In this document: in pieces, positions 35,168 to 44,678 of the stretch
Layout: the number at the start of each line of letters is the position of its first letter
Numbering within the stretch: position 1 is the first letter of the stretch
IMG/VR virus record: IMGVR_UViG_3300032225_001531
Coordinates: 1 to 46,437 of that record
Length of the DNA: 46,437 nt
Strand: one strand, 5' to 3'
Origin: a virus
Taxonomy: Duplodnaviria > Caudoviricetes
Notes under the pieces: model-generated
Database searches by the model: none
Seen by the model: only the letters and a program-made list of their open reading frames with translations
What the model was told of the DNA's origin: nothing
Program-made: the position numbers and the translations under genes

Positions 35168-35821
35168 ATGAAAATCTTTTTAGACACCGCAGATATTTCC
35201 CAAATTACTCCAGCATATGATACTGGACTGATTGATGGTGTGACTACAAATCCTACTTTGATTCTCAAAAGTGGAAGACAACTTCGAGAAGTTATTCGAG
35301 AAATTTCAAAATTTTCGGATCTAGAAAGTATCTCTGCAGAAGTTGTTGCTGAAACATCTGAAGAAATGTTGATTCAGGCAAAAGAGTTTTATACAATTTC
35401 TCCTAATGTTACAATTAAAGTTCCTTGTACTGTTGAGGGATTAAAATCTTGTAAGTTTCTTTCAAATTTGGGAATCAGAACTAATGTAACCCTGGTCTTC
35501 TCTGTTGCACAAGCAATTCTTGCAGCAAAAGCGGCCGCGACTTACATTTCGCCTTTTGTTGGAAGATGGATGGATAACTCGGTGGATGGTATTGAACTTA
35601 TTAGCAATATTCGTCAGGTTTATGACCGCTCAGGTGCAACTACTCAAATTCTTGCCGCATCCATTCGTGATGTTCGCCAAGTGGAACTCTCTGCAAAATA
35701 TGGTGCAGATATTGTTACAATTCCACCTTTAGTTTTCTGGGCGATGTATAAAAATGTTATGACGGAAAGGGGTTTGGAACAGTTCAACAAAGATTATTTG
35801 GAGGCAAATGAATCAAATTAA
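35168..35821 (+). CDS. talC: Transaldolase (phage TalC/FSA type)
   Basis: IFLDTA, GVTTNPTL, IKVP, NVTLVFS, YISPFVGR, AASIR. Confidence 0.95.
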   Translation: MKIFLDTADISQITPAYDTGLIDGVTTNPTLILKSGRQLREVIREISKFSDLESISAEVVAETSEEMLIQAKEFYTISPNVTIKVPCTVEGLKSCKFLSNLGIRTNVTLVFSVAQAILAAKAAATYISPFVGRWMDNSVDGIELISNIRQVYDRSGATTQILAASIRDVRQVELSAKYGADIVTIPPLVFWAMYKNVMTERGLEQFNKDYLEANESN

Positions 35822-36071
35822 AAAACTTGAGACGACTGAATATTCTGATTATTATTCGGTATATGATAAAAATGGAAGAAAAATCTGTGATAGTCCGTCC
35901 ATTCAAGATACTTTAATGGTGGTTAGTCTTGGAGAAGGTCGGACTTATAAGAAGATTCACCTTCTCTTTGACCGAGTTGTAAATATTTCTTCAATGAGAA
36001 TGGAAGACCCAAAACAACTTCAAGAACAAAAAATCTTACCAGATAGAACTGCAGAACCAGTTGTGGTTTGA
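35808..36071 (+). CDS. Hypothetical protein
   Basis: 87 aa, GGAGG SD. Confidence 0.65.
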   Translation: MNQIKKLETTEYSDYYSVYDKNGRKICDSPSIQDTLMVVSLGEGRTYKKIHLLFDRVVNISSMRMEDPKQLQEQKILPDRTAEPVVV

Positions 36072-36152
36072 CTATATTCAATAAGACTCTTACATTCTTT
36101 TCATTTTCAATGACTAAAAAACTAAATAGTAAGAGAATTTGCTTTAATGTAA

Positions 36153-37493
36153 ATGCCTATATCAACATGGATAAAAAATCTAATTCACTGGTTAAAATCT
36201 AAGTTCATTACAATAGAGCACGACCACACAGATTTTGGACATAGTGGCGAAGATGTTCCTCATGTATTTCCTCTTCCATCAGGAAATGAATTCAACCAAC
36301 CCGAAAAAGGTGCGGTAACTACCACCAATACCAATACCAATACAATTCCTCTGGGCAACAGTGTAGACCTGAGCCGCACTTTCTTTCTGCACAGTAATCC
36401 AACAGCAACTAAAACCATCTTTTTGGACTTTGATGGTCACACCACCACCAACACCATCTGGAACAACCAATCAGGAAAGGATGCAATTACTACCCCCGCC
36501 TTCAACTCTGATAGCAAGCCGAAAGTACTTAGCAATGCCGAGCTGGAGCGCATTCAGTACATCTGGCAACGTGTCGCAGAAGACTTTGCTCCCTTCGGCA
36601 TCAATGTCACCACCCAGGATCTCGGCACCGATGCCCTGGACAATACCGGTGGCAGTGACAACAAATGGGGTATGCGTGTAGCAATCGGTGGAGGGAATAA
36701 AGATTGGTACGGCAGCGCAGCCGGTGGCGTCGCCTTCGTCAACACCTTTGGCAATGCCGCCTTTGGCCCCGCCTTCGTGTTCTCGCAAAGTCTCAGCAAC
36801 AATGAGAAATACACCGCAGAAGCGATCAGCCATGAGGTTGGACATACCCTCGGCCTTCTGCACGATGGCACCTACAACTCCCCCTACTATAAAGGTCAAG
36901 GTACTGGTGTCACAGAATGGGCTCCAATTATGGGTGTGGGATATTACAAGAACGTGACCCAATGGAGCCAGGGTGAATACAAAGATGCCAACAACACTCA
37001 GGATGATCTGGCCAAAATCAGCAGCAGCACCAACGGCGCCGGATACCGCGCCGATGATTTCGGCAACAGCGCCGCCAGTGCCAATGTTCTCACAGGTACA
37101 ACTCTAAACCAGTTTGGTATTATTACTACTCGTACAGACTCTGATTGGTTTAAGTTTACCACAGGTGCAACTGGAGTTACCAATCTATCAATCACCACTG
37201 CTCTTCAGGCTTGGGTTAAGGGTGCGGATGGTAGTTTTACTAGCATAATTCTTCCTGGTCGTAGTCCTAATCTTGACATTGCTGCCACTCTATATGATGC
37301 TAATGGAACTGGTGCAGGCATTTCCACCAGTAATCCTACTAATTTACTAACCGCAAGTTTTAATCTCACTCTGACCGCAAATACTACTTATATTCTAAAG
37401 GTTGATGGTGTTGGTTTTGGCGATCCTCTTACTACTGGTTATAGTGATTATGGTAGTCTTGGTGGGTATCTTGTAACTGGAACTCTTGCATGA
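36153..37493 (+). CDS. Metzincin Zn-metalloprotease with PPC-like C-terminal domain
   Basis: HEVGHTLGLLH, Met-turn PIMG, DSDWFKFT. Confidence 0.85.
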   Translation: MPISTWIKNLIHWLKSKFITIEHDHTDFGHSGEDVPHVFPLPSGNEFNQPEKGAVTTTNTNTNTIPLGNSVDLSRTFFLHSNPTATKTIFLDFDGHTTTNTIWNNQSGKDAITTPAFNSDSKPKVLSNAELERIQYIWQRVAEDFAPFGINVTTQDLGTDALDNTGGSDNKWGMRVAIGGGNKDWYGSAAGGVAFVNTFGNAAFGPAFVFSQSLSNNEKYTAEAISHEVGHTLGLLHDGTYNSPYYKGQGTGVTEWAPIMGVGYYKNVTQWSQGEYKDANNTQDDLAKISSSTNGAGYRADDFGNSAASANVLTGTTLNQFGIITTRTDSDWFKFTTGATGVTNLSITTALQAWVKGADGSFTSIILPGRSPNLDIAATLYDANGTGAGISTSNPTNLLTASFNLTLTANTTYILKVDGVGFGDPLTTGYSDYGSLGGYLVTGTLA

Positions 37494-37538
37494 GTTTCTG
37501 AAACCTCTGATTCCCCCATAGAAACGATAAATGCCTCC

Positions 37539-37567
37539 TTGACAACAGGGAGGTTTTGTCGTATGAT
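37539..37567 (+). promoter_or_regulatory. sigma70-like promoter inside a hairpin
   Basis: TTGACA-17-TATGAT; gcctcct/gggaggt arms. Confidence 0.7.
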
Positions 37568-37601
37568 AGGACTGTTGAAATCCGAAATCTGAAATTTGAT
37601 T

Positions 37602-37796
37602 ATGACCACCCCCGACATTCGCGCCGCGCTGCTTGCCCTGGCACTTATTCCGCTGCCTGCGCTAGCCCAATCCGTTGATCCTGAACCTCAGAACGATCCG
37701 CCCCGCTGCACACTCGGCCCAGCCGGGCCAGAGTTTCCGGAAGGAACGATGGTGCTCACCTGTAGGCCATGCCGGGCCGGGGATGGCCAGCCATGA
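37602..37796 (+). CDS. Small secreted Cys-containing protein
   Basis: Signal peptide ending in PALA-Q; ATGA-coupled to the next gene. Confidence 0.55.
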   Translation: MTTPDIRAALLALALIPLPALAQSVDPEPQNDPPRCTLGPAGPEFPEGTMVLTCRPCRAGDGQP

Positions 37797-38308
37797 GCAC
37801 CCCCCTGGACATCGTGATTCGACCCCTGAATCAAGAAAACCTCTGCGTAGCGCAGAGGCTAGTCGATGAAAATTTTGGCCATTATCCATGGCTGCATCGA
37901 AGACTTTTCTTCTCTGTTTGTAAACCCCAGTTTTTTTATCGCTGGGCACTCTCAGTTGGTTGGCAAATCACATCTTTGAGTGACTGGGTAGCATTGGATG
38001 CTGATAATCGGGTTATCGGCACTGTGGGAGTTTATACATACCGCAAAGATAGCAACGAAGCCTATTGGCTTTCCTGGTTCTGCGTCGATTCAGGCTTTCG
38101 TGGGAATGGCATTGGGAAAAAACTGCTTCAGTTTGCAATTCAACTAGCCCGTCAGGCCGGGAAAAAATATCTTCGCCTTTATACGTCTACGCATCCATCC
38201 GAAGCAACTGCCCAATCCCTGTACGAAAAAAGTGGATTCCAGATCACAGGAAGGGAGTCAGAGCGCATCTATTTAGAGCTAGATCTATCGAAGGAGGTGC
38301 AACCATGA
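37793..38308 (+). CDS. GNAT N-acetyltransferase
   Basis: FCVDSGFRGNGIGKKLL, AQSLYEKSGF. Confidence 0.9.
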   Translation: MSTPLDIVIRPLNQENLCVAQRLVDENFGHYPWLHRRLFFSVCKPQFFYRWALSVGWQITSLSDWVALDADNRVIGTVGVYTYRKDSNEAYWLSWFCVDSGFRGNGIGKKLLQFAIQLARQAGKKYLRLYTSTHPSEATAQSLYEKSGFQITGRESERIYLELDLSKEVQP

Positions 38309-38778
38309 GCAACGACATTCGCGCCCTGTGCGCTGAGCTTGTCAAGGAACTTCACAAGCACACATCTTTATACGACGGCCACGAAAGCGCCATGGTAACC
38401 CGCGCCCGCGCCGCCCTGGCGGCTGAGCCGGAGCCGGTGGGGGCCACGGATGAGGATCTGTGGAGCCTGTGGGTCAACCGCCCACATTTGACGAACACAA
38501 CTCCTGCTGCCCTCCGCGCCTGCTACGACCTGGGCCGCCAGCACGGCGCCGCCCAGCCCCAAGCCACCCAGCCAGCGGCCGCCCCAGTGGTGGTGCCGGT
38601 GCCGGTGAGCGAGCGGTTGCCGGGGGAGGGGGATTGCGATGCAGAGGGGAAGTGCTGGCTATACAGCGCAATCACAGAAATCTGGCATTACTGGCGCCTT
38701 CCCAAGCAATCCCTGTGGACCCACTGGCTCCCATACCACGCCATCCCGCTGCCCCAGGCCGGGGAGGGGCAAGAATGA
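38305..38778 (+). CDS. Hypothetical protein, temperate-cyanophage-like, GC-rich
   Basis: DIRALCAELV...RARAALA...PVSERLP..DCDAEGKCW...THWLP. Confidence 0.65.
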   Translation: MSNDIRALCAELVKELHKHTSLYDGHESAMVTRARAALAAEPEPVGATDEDLWSLWVNRPHLTNTTPAALRACYDLGRQHGAAQPQATQPAAAPVVVPVPVSERLPGEGDCDAEGKCWLYSAITEIWHYWRLPKQSLWTHWLPYHAIPLPQAGEGQE

Positions 38779-38918
38779 TTGACCGAAGAATTGCCCCTCT
38801 TATTCTTTCTGTTGCTTTTCTCTCTGCACTCTCTGGATTTCTGTTTGGTGCTTATCGTGACAGTGACAGCAACCCAAACTTTCAATGCTATGTACTCCCC
38901 GCAAGCAAATGTAAATAA
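38775..38918 (+). CDS. Small membrane protein
   Basis: MIDRRIAPLILSVAFLSALSGFLFG; ATGA overlap. Confidence 0.5.
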   Translation: MIDRRIAPLILSVAFLSALSGFLFGAYRDSDSNPNFQCYVLPASKCK

Positions 38919-38946
38919 TGCTAACCTATATTCTGAAGACTAATAA

Positions 38947-39306
38947 ATGATTTTCTCAAGAGCAATTCTAGGAACCGATAAGACCAAAATGAACTGGTGG
39001 GATTATTGGGTTGGTCATTGTTTTATGACCGGATGGACTTCAATATATTATAATTTTCATACTTGGATGGATCTGGTATGGTTTTCTGATAATCATAAGA
39101 ATTATGCACTTCTGAAAGATGATGACCCTTTTGAGCAGTGCTATCTGGAATTTTGGTACACTCTGAATGATGATGACACTTATCCTAAAGAATTCCTGGA
39201 ATATTTAATGGGACTTGCAGATGAAGTAGAAAAAGGTGAAGTAGAATTAATTCCACTATCTGAGAGTTTCTTTGATGATTTAGAAAAGGAATTAAATAAT
39301 GAATAA
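38947..39306 (+). CDS. Hypothetical protein
   Basis: 119-aa acidic/aromatic ORF. Confidence 0.7.
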   Translation: MIFSRAILGTDKTKMNWWDYWVGHCFMTGWTSIYYNFHTWMDLVWFSDNHKNYALLKDDDPFEQCYLEFWYTLNDDDTYPKEFLEYLMGLADEVEKGEVELIPLSESFFDDLEKELNNE

Positions 39307-39454
39307 GTATGCCGTCATTTTCTCAAGTATCGCAGATAATGCAACAGTTTCTATTCAAATTTTAGTGAATAGTGAAATGACACCACGACAACTTAAGACT
39401 TATTATCAATCTTTAAGCATTACAATTTCCAATGTTGAGGTGATTCCAGTATGA
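39299..39454 (+). CDS. Small hypothetical protein (51 aa; not in ORF track)
   Basis: MNKYAVIFSS...VEVIPV*, overlaps both neighbours. Confidence 0.5.
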   Translation: MNKYAVIFSSIADNATVSIQILVNSEMTPRQLKTYYQSLSITISNVEVIPV

Positions 39455-39756
39455 TGTTTGACGATGATCATGATGACTATAAGTGGCAGGACTATTCTTA
39501 TTATGGTCTGAATCTCAAAAGAACTTGCCTTGCATGTCCTGAGCAGTATGATGTATATTATGAAGATACTCTATGCGGTTATATGAGACTTCGGCACGGT
39601 TACTTTAGAACTGAATATTATAAGACTCCAGATGATGATTATGGTGAAATCATTTATGATTGCGAACCAAAAGGTGATGGCATTTTTATGAATGATGAGA
39701 GAGAAGAACATCTAAAGAAAGGTGCCGAAGCAATTGTAAAGCGAATGGGATGGTGA
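39451..39756 (+). CDS. Hypothetical protein
   Basis: TCLACPEQYDV...GYMRLRHGYF motif. Confidence 0.7.
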   Translation: MMFDDDHDDYKWQDYSYYGLNLKRTCLACPEQYDVYYEDTLCGYMRLRHGYFRTEYYKTPDDDYGEIIYDCEPKGDGIFMNDEREEHLKKGAEAIVKRMGW

Positions 39757-39906
39757 TGAAATCTTTAATAAAAAAAATAAAACACTTTCTTAAAAGAGAC
39801 TCTGATGTTACATATTATCATGAGTTTCATTATATCTATATTACTCTGAAAGAACTTATAGAAGTTATTAAAACAAAGAATAAATAATTGTAAGTTGCAA
39901 ATACTT

Positions 39907-40278
39907 ATGGTTCCTCTACATTCGTTTAAGGACTACCTGTTTAATCTTCAAACAACAAGTAAAGCGGAAGCAAAGCGATTGTGGAGACAAAATATAAAAA
40001 ATGCCTGGAATCATGAGTGTGCATATTGCGAATCTACGGAAAATATCACGCTTGATCATATTATTCCACAATGTAAAGGTGGACTTGATGTTAAGACAAA
40101 TGTACTTTCATGTTGCGATTCTTGTAATCAGTCTAAGGGACATATTCCTTGGGAGCAATGGTATTATAATCAATGCTTTTTCTCTTATGAGAACTATGAA
40201 AAGATTAAGAATTGGATGAAACCAGAGGCACCATCAAATCTTTATGCATATCGTCCAAGACGTAATAATGTCTCTTAA
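39907..40278 (+). CDS. HNH endonuclease
   Basis: CAYC...TLDHIIPQCKGG...NVLSCCDSCNQSK. Confidence 0.88.
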   Translation: MVPLHSFKDYLFNLQTTSKAEAKRLWRQNIKNAWNHECAYCESTENITLDHIIPQCKGGLDVKTNVLSCCDSCNQSKGHIPWEQWYYNQCFFSYENYEKIKNWMKPEAPSNLYAYRPRRNNVS

Positions 40279-40344
40279 ATTTATATTATAAATAACTAAG
40301 ACAGTACATACTGTTAATTCTTTGGCACATAACGATTGCGATAA

Positions 40345-43300
40345 ATGTCAACTCCTATCAGGACTCCTATCAGGATTAGAAGATCTGCTGTACCTGGAAA
40401 AAGACCAACAACAGATCAACTCTTAAGTGCTGAACTAGCATATAATACTTATGATGGTGAATTAACCGCTAAGAGAGAGCGTCCTGGTATTGGAACTGAT
40501 ATTATTCGCATCGGTGCTGGCGCAACAGTTACTAATATTTTATATGTCACAAAAGACGGAAACGACTCAAACACCGGAAGAAAACTCGGAGATGCCAAGG
40601 CAACAATCAAAGGAGCAGTCGCAGAATCAACAGCAGGAACTGTTATTGAAGTTGCTGCTGGATCTTACATAGAAGATAATCCAATTATATTACCCGATCA
40701 AGTCAGTGTTGTTGGTAATAGTTTAAGAGAGGTTACAGTAATACCTCAAAATGTTGATGAAGATCTATTTTTAATCGGTAATGGAAATTATGCTGCCGAA
40801 ATGTCTTATCGAGGATCCTTAAATCCCGGTAAGGCAATTTTTGCATTTGACCCAGATAATCAAAGATATATTAATCAGTCACCATATATTCAGAACTGTA
40901 CAAACTTTATTCCAGATAGTATTGGAATGAGAATTGATGGTAATGATGTTATTGGGCCATTAAAATCAATGGTTCTCGACTCATATACTCAATATAATCA
41001 AAATGGTATTGGTATATCTATTACGAACTCTGGATATGCTCAGTTAGTTTCGCTATTTACTATCTGTCCAGATATTGCAGTTTTCTGTGGATCTGGTGCG
41101 GCATGTGATTTAACAAACTCCAATGCATCATTTGGTAACTATGGACTTGTTGCCGATGGTGTAAGTCCTCTTAAGTACACTGGGACAGTTAATTCTACAT
41201 CTGTTATTGGAGCAGATACTTTCGTAGTTGATTTAAACACTTCAACTCTAAACATTACTGACGCTTCTTATGACAATACTACGGGAATTTTAAAGGCATA
41301 TACATCAACGCCTCATAATTTTGACGTTGGTATGGGCATTACTATTTCTGGACTTGGATTTACTTGTCCTTATGAACCAGGAATCAGATATTATCCAAGT
41401 GGTCAAAAAGGATATGTTTTTGATGTTAAAACAGTTGCTCCTGGAAGATATATTGACGCATCAAATCTAATTAATTCAAATAAAACTGAAATTGTAGATA
41501 AGTCTCTCGCAGCAATTGCACTCAATCATCCAGACTTTGTTTTTCCTGGAGATTCGGCAAATGATGTTTCTTACAGATATAAAGACTCATATCGTTTAAT
41601 TCAGCAAAATAGACAGGAGATCATAGATAAATCTCTTGCTTCAATTGCGATTGGATTTCCTACTGGATTTCATTTTCCCACTGATCCTATTCCTTACGAG
41701 CATAATCGTTATTATGACGCTTCTCGCTTAATACAAATCAATAAGCAGGAAATTATAGATAAATCTCTTGCAGCAATTGCCGTAGGATTTTCTACATTTT
41801 ATTTTCCTGGTGATACTCAATCGAATGCAAGATCAAGATATTATGACGCCTATCGTCTAATTCAAAAAAATAGAACACAAATTGTAAATACTGCCTGGGT
41901 AAATGCAGCATCTGCATATCCTTCAATTACATCTACTGAAACAAAATGTAAGAGAGATCTTGGATTCTTCGTTGATGCAGTTTCTGCAGATGTTTTCACT
42001 GGTGGAAATAATTATGCAAAGCAATTTGCGCTTCAATATTTTGATAATGTTGGAAATCCAATTGTAAATGGATTGGTTGGAGAAATCACACAATCAATTT
42101 ATGCTTTCCAACAAGCAAGAAATTTGATGAAGTCTGCGATCACAAATCAACTTTCATATCAAGAATTAACAATTATTACTGGGCCTGCCCAAATAGGTTC
42201 CGGAAGTCCATTTCCAGTTTCAAACACAAGTCCAAGTGCTTGTACTGATGTTCAAAATAATATTGACACCTTGGTAAGTATTATCACTACAGCAGTTGGT
42301 GCTGGAAATACTTCATCATTACCTTCAACAAATTTTGGCAATTTTACAACTGGCGGAACAAAATGTGCCAGAGATCTTGGGTATTTGGTGGATGCTCTTG
42401 CAACCGATGTATTCACTGGTGGAAATGCTTATGCCAGAGGATTTACTCTACAATATTTTAATAATTCTGGAAATCCTATCTCCAATGGATTAGTTGGTGA
42501 AACCGCAGAATCAATCACCGCTTTTGCTGCTGTAAGAGATTATGCTAAAAAGGCAATTACGAATCAATTGAACGTTAAAAATCTTTCAGTGAGTGCTGGT
42601 TTATCAACTTATGGTGGAACAGGAAGTATAATTACAGTTGATCAGTCTGGTAATGAAAACTCTTGTGCAGACGTTCAGAGTAATATTAATAATATAATTG
42701 GTATTGTTACTACTGTAATTGGTGCAGGAACTACTTTATCATTACCTCCATTAAATCTTGGAATTTCTACATCCAATAAATGTGCCAGAGATCTTGGGTA
42801 TTTTGTGGATGCGGTATCTACTGATCTATTTACTGGTGGAAATTCCTATGTAATCGGGTTTACAAAGCAATATTTTAATAGTGTTGGATCTGCTACAACT
42901 GCACTTCTTGGTGAAGAATCGCAATCCATTTATGCATTTAATAGTGTTCGTGAATATGCTAAGAAGGCAATTACAAATCAACTTAATATAAAAGATCTTA
43001 CAATTACTGCAGATCCATTAACCGCATATAACACATCTCCAGAATCCTGTGCAAATGTACAATCAACAATTAATACTCTTGTTGGAATTGCCACTCAGAC
43101 AATTGCTGCTGGTAATTTAAGTCTTATTAATAGTATAACTTTAAATGGTGGGATTTTCTTAACTGGTCAATCTAAGTGTAGAAGAGATATTGGATATATT
43201 GTAGATGCTGTTTCTTCTGATGTTAGAAATTATACAAATAAAAGTATTATTTCGGCAACAAAATCATATTTCACAATTTCTGGAACTCCTATTTCTAATG

Positions 43301-44322
43301 GATTAGTTGGTGAAACTGCAGAATCAATCACGGCATTTAATGCAGTTGGTACTTATTCCAAACTTGCAATTAATAACATGTTGAATGTGAAAGATTTGAC
43401 TGTTGCTTTTGACCCTGCAACTGGTTCAAATGTTGATCCACTATCCTGTGCAAATGTTAGAACTAATATTGACAATCTTGTTAGCATTATTACAACTACA
43501 ATTGGTCTTGGAAATACCTCACTTTTACCTCCAGTTTCATCTTCAAGTACTTTATTTACAGTAAATGTTGGTGTTGCTACTCAGGCACACAATTATGTAC
43601 CAAATACAGGAACTGCAAAGGTTAATGTAATTAGACCATTTGATGGGCAATCAATTTATTTCAATGATTTATATTATACTATAGGAAAAATCAAAGTTGG
43701 ATCTGCCGGTACTGGATATAATTCCGCACCTATCATAACAATTTCTGATCCAACTGTTGATTGGGGAATACCTGCATCTGCAATTGTAGAAATATCAAAC
43801 GGATCGGTCAGAAATATTGAAATTGTATCAAATGGAAGAGGATATTCTTCGGTTCCAACTGTTACAATTAGTTCCCCTAATGTTGGAATAAATACAGCAA
43901 CAGCAACTATTGAATTACTTCCTAGTTATTATTCCGTTTTGAGTTCAACTGCAATTTCTGCTGGAATTTCTACAATTACAATAAATGAGAATATTCCTTA
44001 TGTCGTTAATGCTGGATCTCAAGTTCCATTTTATAAGCAAAGTAGAATTCTGGCATCTGGGCATTCTTTTGAATATATTGGAGCAGGTACTGAGATTAGT
44101 AATGCTCTTCCTAACTTTGGTGGAGTTCCAATTCAAGATAATGAGGTTGATATGAAAAATGGTGGATTAGTTGTTTATACGAGTACTGATCAAGGGGGGA
44201 ACTTTAGAATTGGTGAAGGTGTTGCTATTAATCAACTCACTGGAACTATTTCTGGTAGATTCTATACTAAGAGTTTGTTCTCAACTATGACACCATTTAT
44301 TCTAGCACTAGGAGGATTTTAA
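40345..44322 (+). CDS. Large virion structural (baseplate/tail-associated) protein with internal repeats
   Basis: 1325 aa; late promoter 40287; LYVTKDGND, QSPYIQNCTNF, KCxRDLG x4, GSAGTGY/GRGY modules. Confidence 0.75.
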   Translation: MSTPIRTPIRIRRSAVPGKRPTTDQLLSAELAYNTYDGELTAKRERPGIGTDIIRIGAGATVTNILYVTKDGNDSNTGRKLGDAKATIKGAVAESTAGTVIEVAAGSYIEDNPIILPDQVSVVGNSLREVTVIPQNVDEDLFLIGNGNYAAEMSYRGSLNPGKAIFAFDPDNQRYINQSPYIQNCTNFIPDSIGMRIDGNDVIGPLKSMVLDSYTQYNQNGIGISITNSGYAQLVSLFTICPDIAVFCGSGAACDLTNSNASFGNYGLVADGVSPLKYTGTVNSTSVIGADTFVVDLNTSTLNITDASYDNTTGILKAYTSTPHNFDVGMGITISGLGFTCPYEPGIRYYPSGQKGYVFDVKTVAPGRYIDASNLINSNKTEIVDKSLAAIALNHPDFVFPGDSANDVSYRYKDSYRLIQQNRQEIIDKSLASIAIGFPTGFHFPTDPIPYEHNRYYDASRLIQINKQEIIDKSLAAIAVGFSTFYFPGDTQSNARSRYYDAYRLIQKNRTQIVNTAWVNAASAYPSITSTETKCKRDLGFFVDAVSADVFTGGNNYAKQFALQYFDNVGNPIVNGLVGEITQSIYAFQQARNLMKSAITNQLSYQELTIITGPAQIGSGSPFPVSNTSPSACTDVQNNIDTLVSIITTAVGAGNTSSLPSTNFGNFTTGGTKCARDLGYLVDALATDVFTGGNAYARGFTLQYFNNSGNPISNGLVGETAESITAFAAVRDYAKKAITNQLNVKNLSVSAGLSTYGGTGSIITVDQSGNENSCADVQSNINNIIGIVTTVIGAGTTLSLPPLNLGISTSNKCARDLGYFVDAVSTDLFTGGNSYVIGFTKQYFNSVGSATTALLGEESQSIYAFNSVREYAKKAITNQLNIKDLTITADPLTAYNTSPESCANVQSTINTLVGIATQTIAAGNLSLINSITLNGGIFLTGQSKCRRDIGYIVDAVSSDVRNYTNKSIISATKSYFTISGTPISNGLVGETAESITAFNAVGTYSKLAINNMLNVKDLTVAFDPATGSNVDPLSCANVRTNIDNLVSIITTTIGLGNTSLLPPVSSSSTLFTVNVGVATQAHNYVPNTGTAKVNVIRPFDGQSIYFNDLYYTIGKIKVGSAGTGYNSAPIITISDPTVDWGIPASAIVEISNGSVRNIEIVSNGRGYSSVPTVTISSPNVGINTATATIELLPSYYSVLSSTAISAGISTITINENIPYVVNAGSQVPFYKQSRILASGHSFEYIGAGTEISNALPNFGGVPIQDNEVDMKNGGLVVYTSTDQGGNFRIGEGVAINQLTGTISGRFYTKSLFSTMTPFILALGGF

Positions 44323-44325
44323 AAA

Positions 44326-44667
44326 ATGGCATTACCATTAAATTTATTTAAAACTATTACAAAAATTGCACCAATAAGTCCAGTTGGAATCTATACTGCA
44401 CCAGTTGGTTATACTGGTGTAGTTCTATTGGCACAAGCTGCAAATGTAAGTTCTTCTACTTATACCGTTTCACTATCTCATAGAAGAACAACTGCAGGTA
44501 TTCCAGTAGTAACTGAAATTGTAAAAGATTTTGCAATCCCCGGCAATGATTCAGCAAGTTTAGTTATGGGCAAATTGACTCTGGAACCTGGAGATTCTCT
44601 TATTTTATCATCAAATAATTCAACCAATATTAAATTCATTGGTAGTATTTTAGAAACACTTAACTAA
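44326..44667 (+). CDS. Small virion-associated protein
   Basis: 113 aa beta-rich, between structural genes. Confidence 0.65.
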   Translation: MALPLNLFKTITKIAPISPVGIYTAPVGYTGVVLLAQAANVSSSTYTVSLSHRRTTAGIPVVTEIVKDFAIPGNDSASLVMGKLTLEPGDSLILSSNNSTNIKFIGSILETLN

Positions 44668-44678
44668 TACTTCTAAAA

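Noticed and set aside
36279-38885. Multiple overlapping alternative ORFs in the GC-rich segments
   Set aside because: Expected from stop-codon scarcity at higher GC; the + strand frames carry the recognisable motifs.
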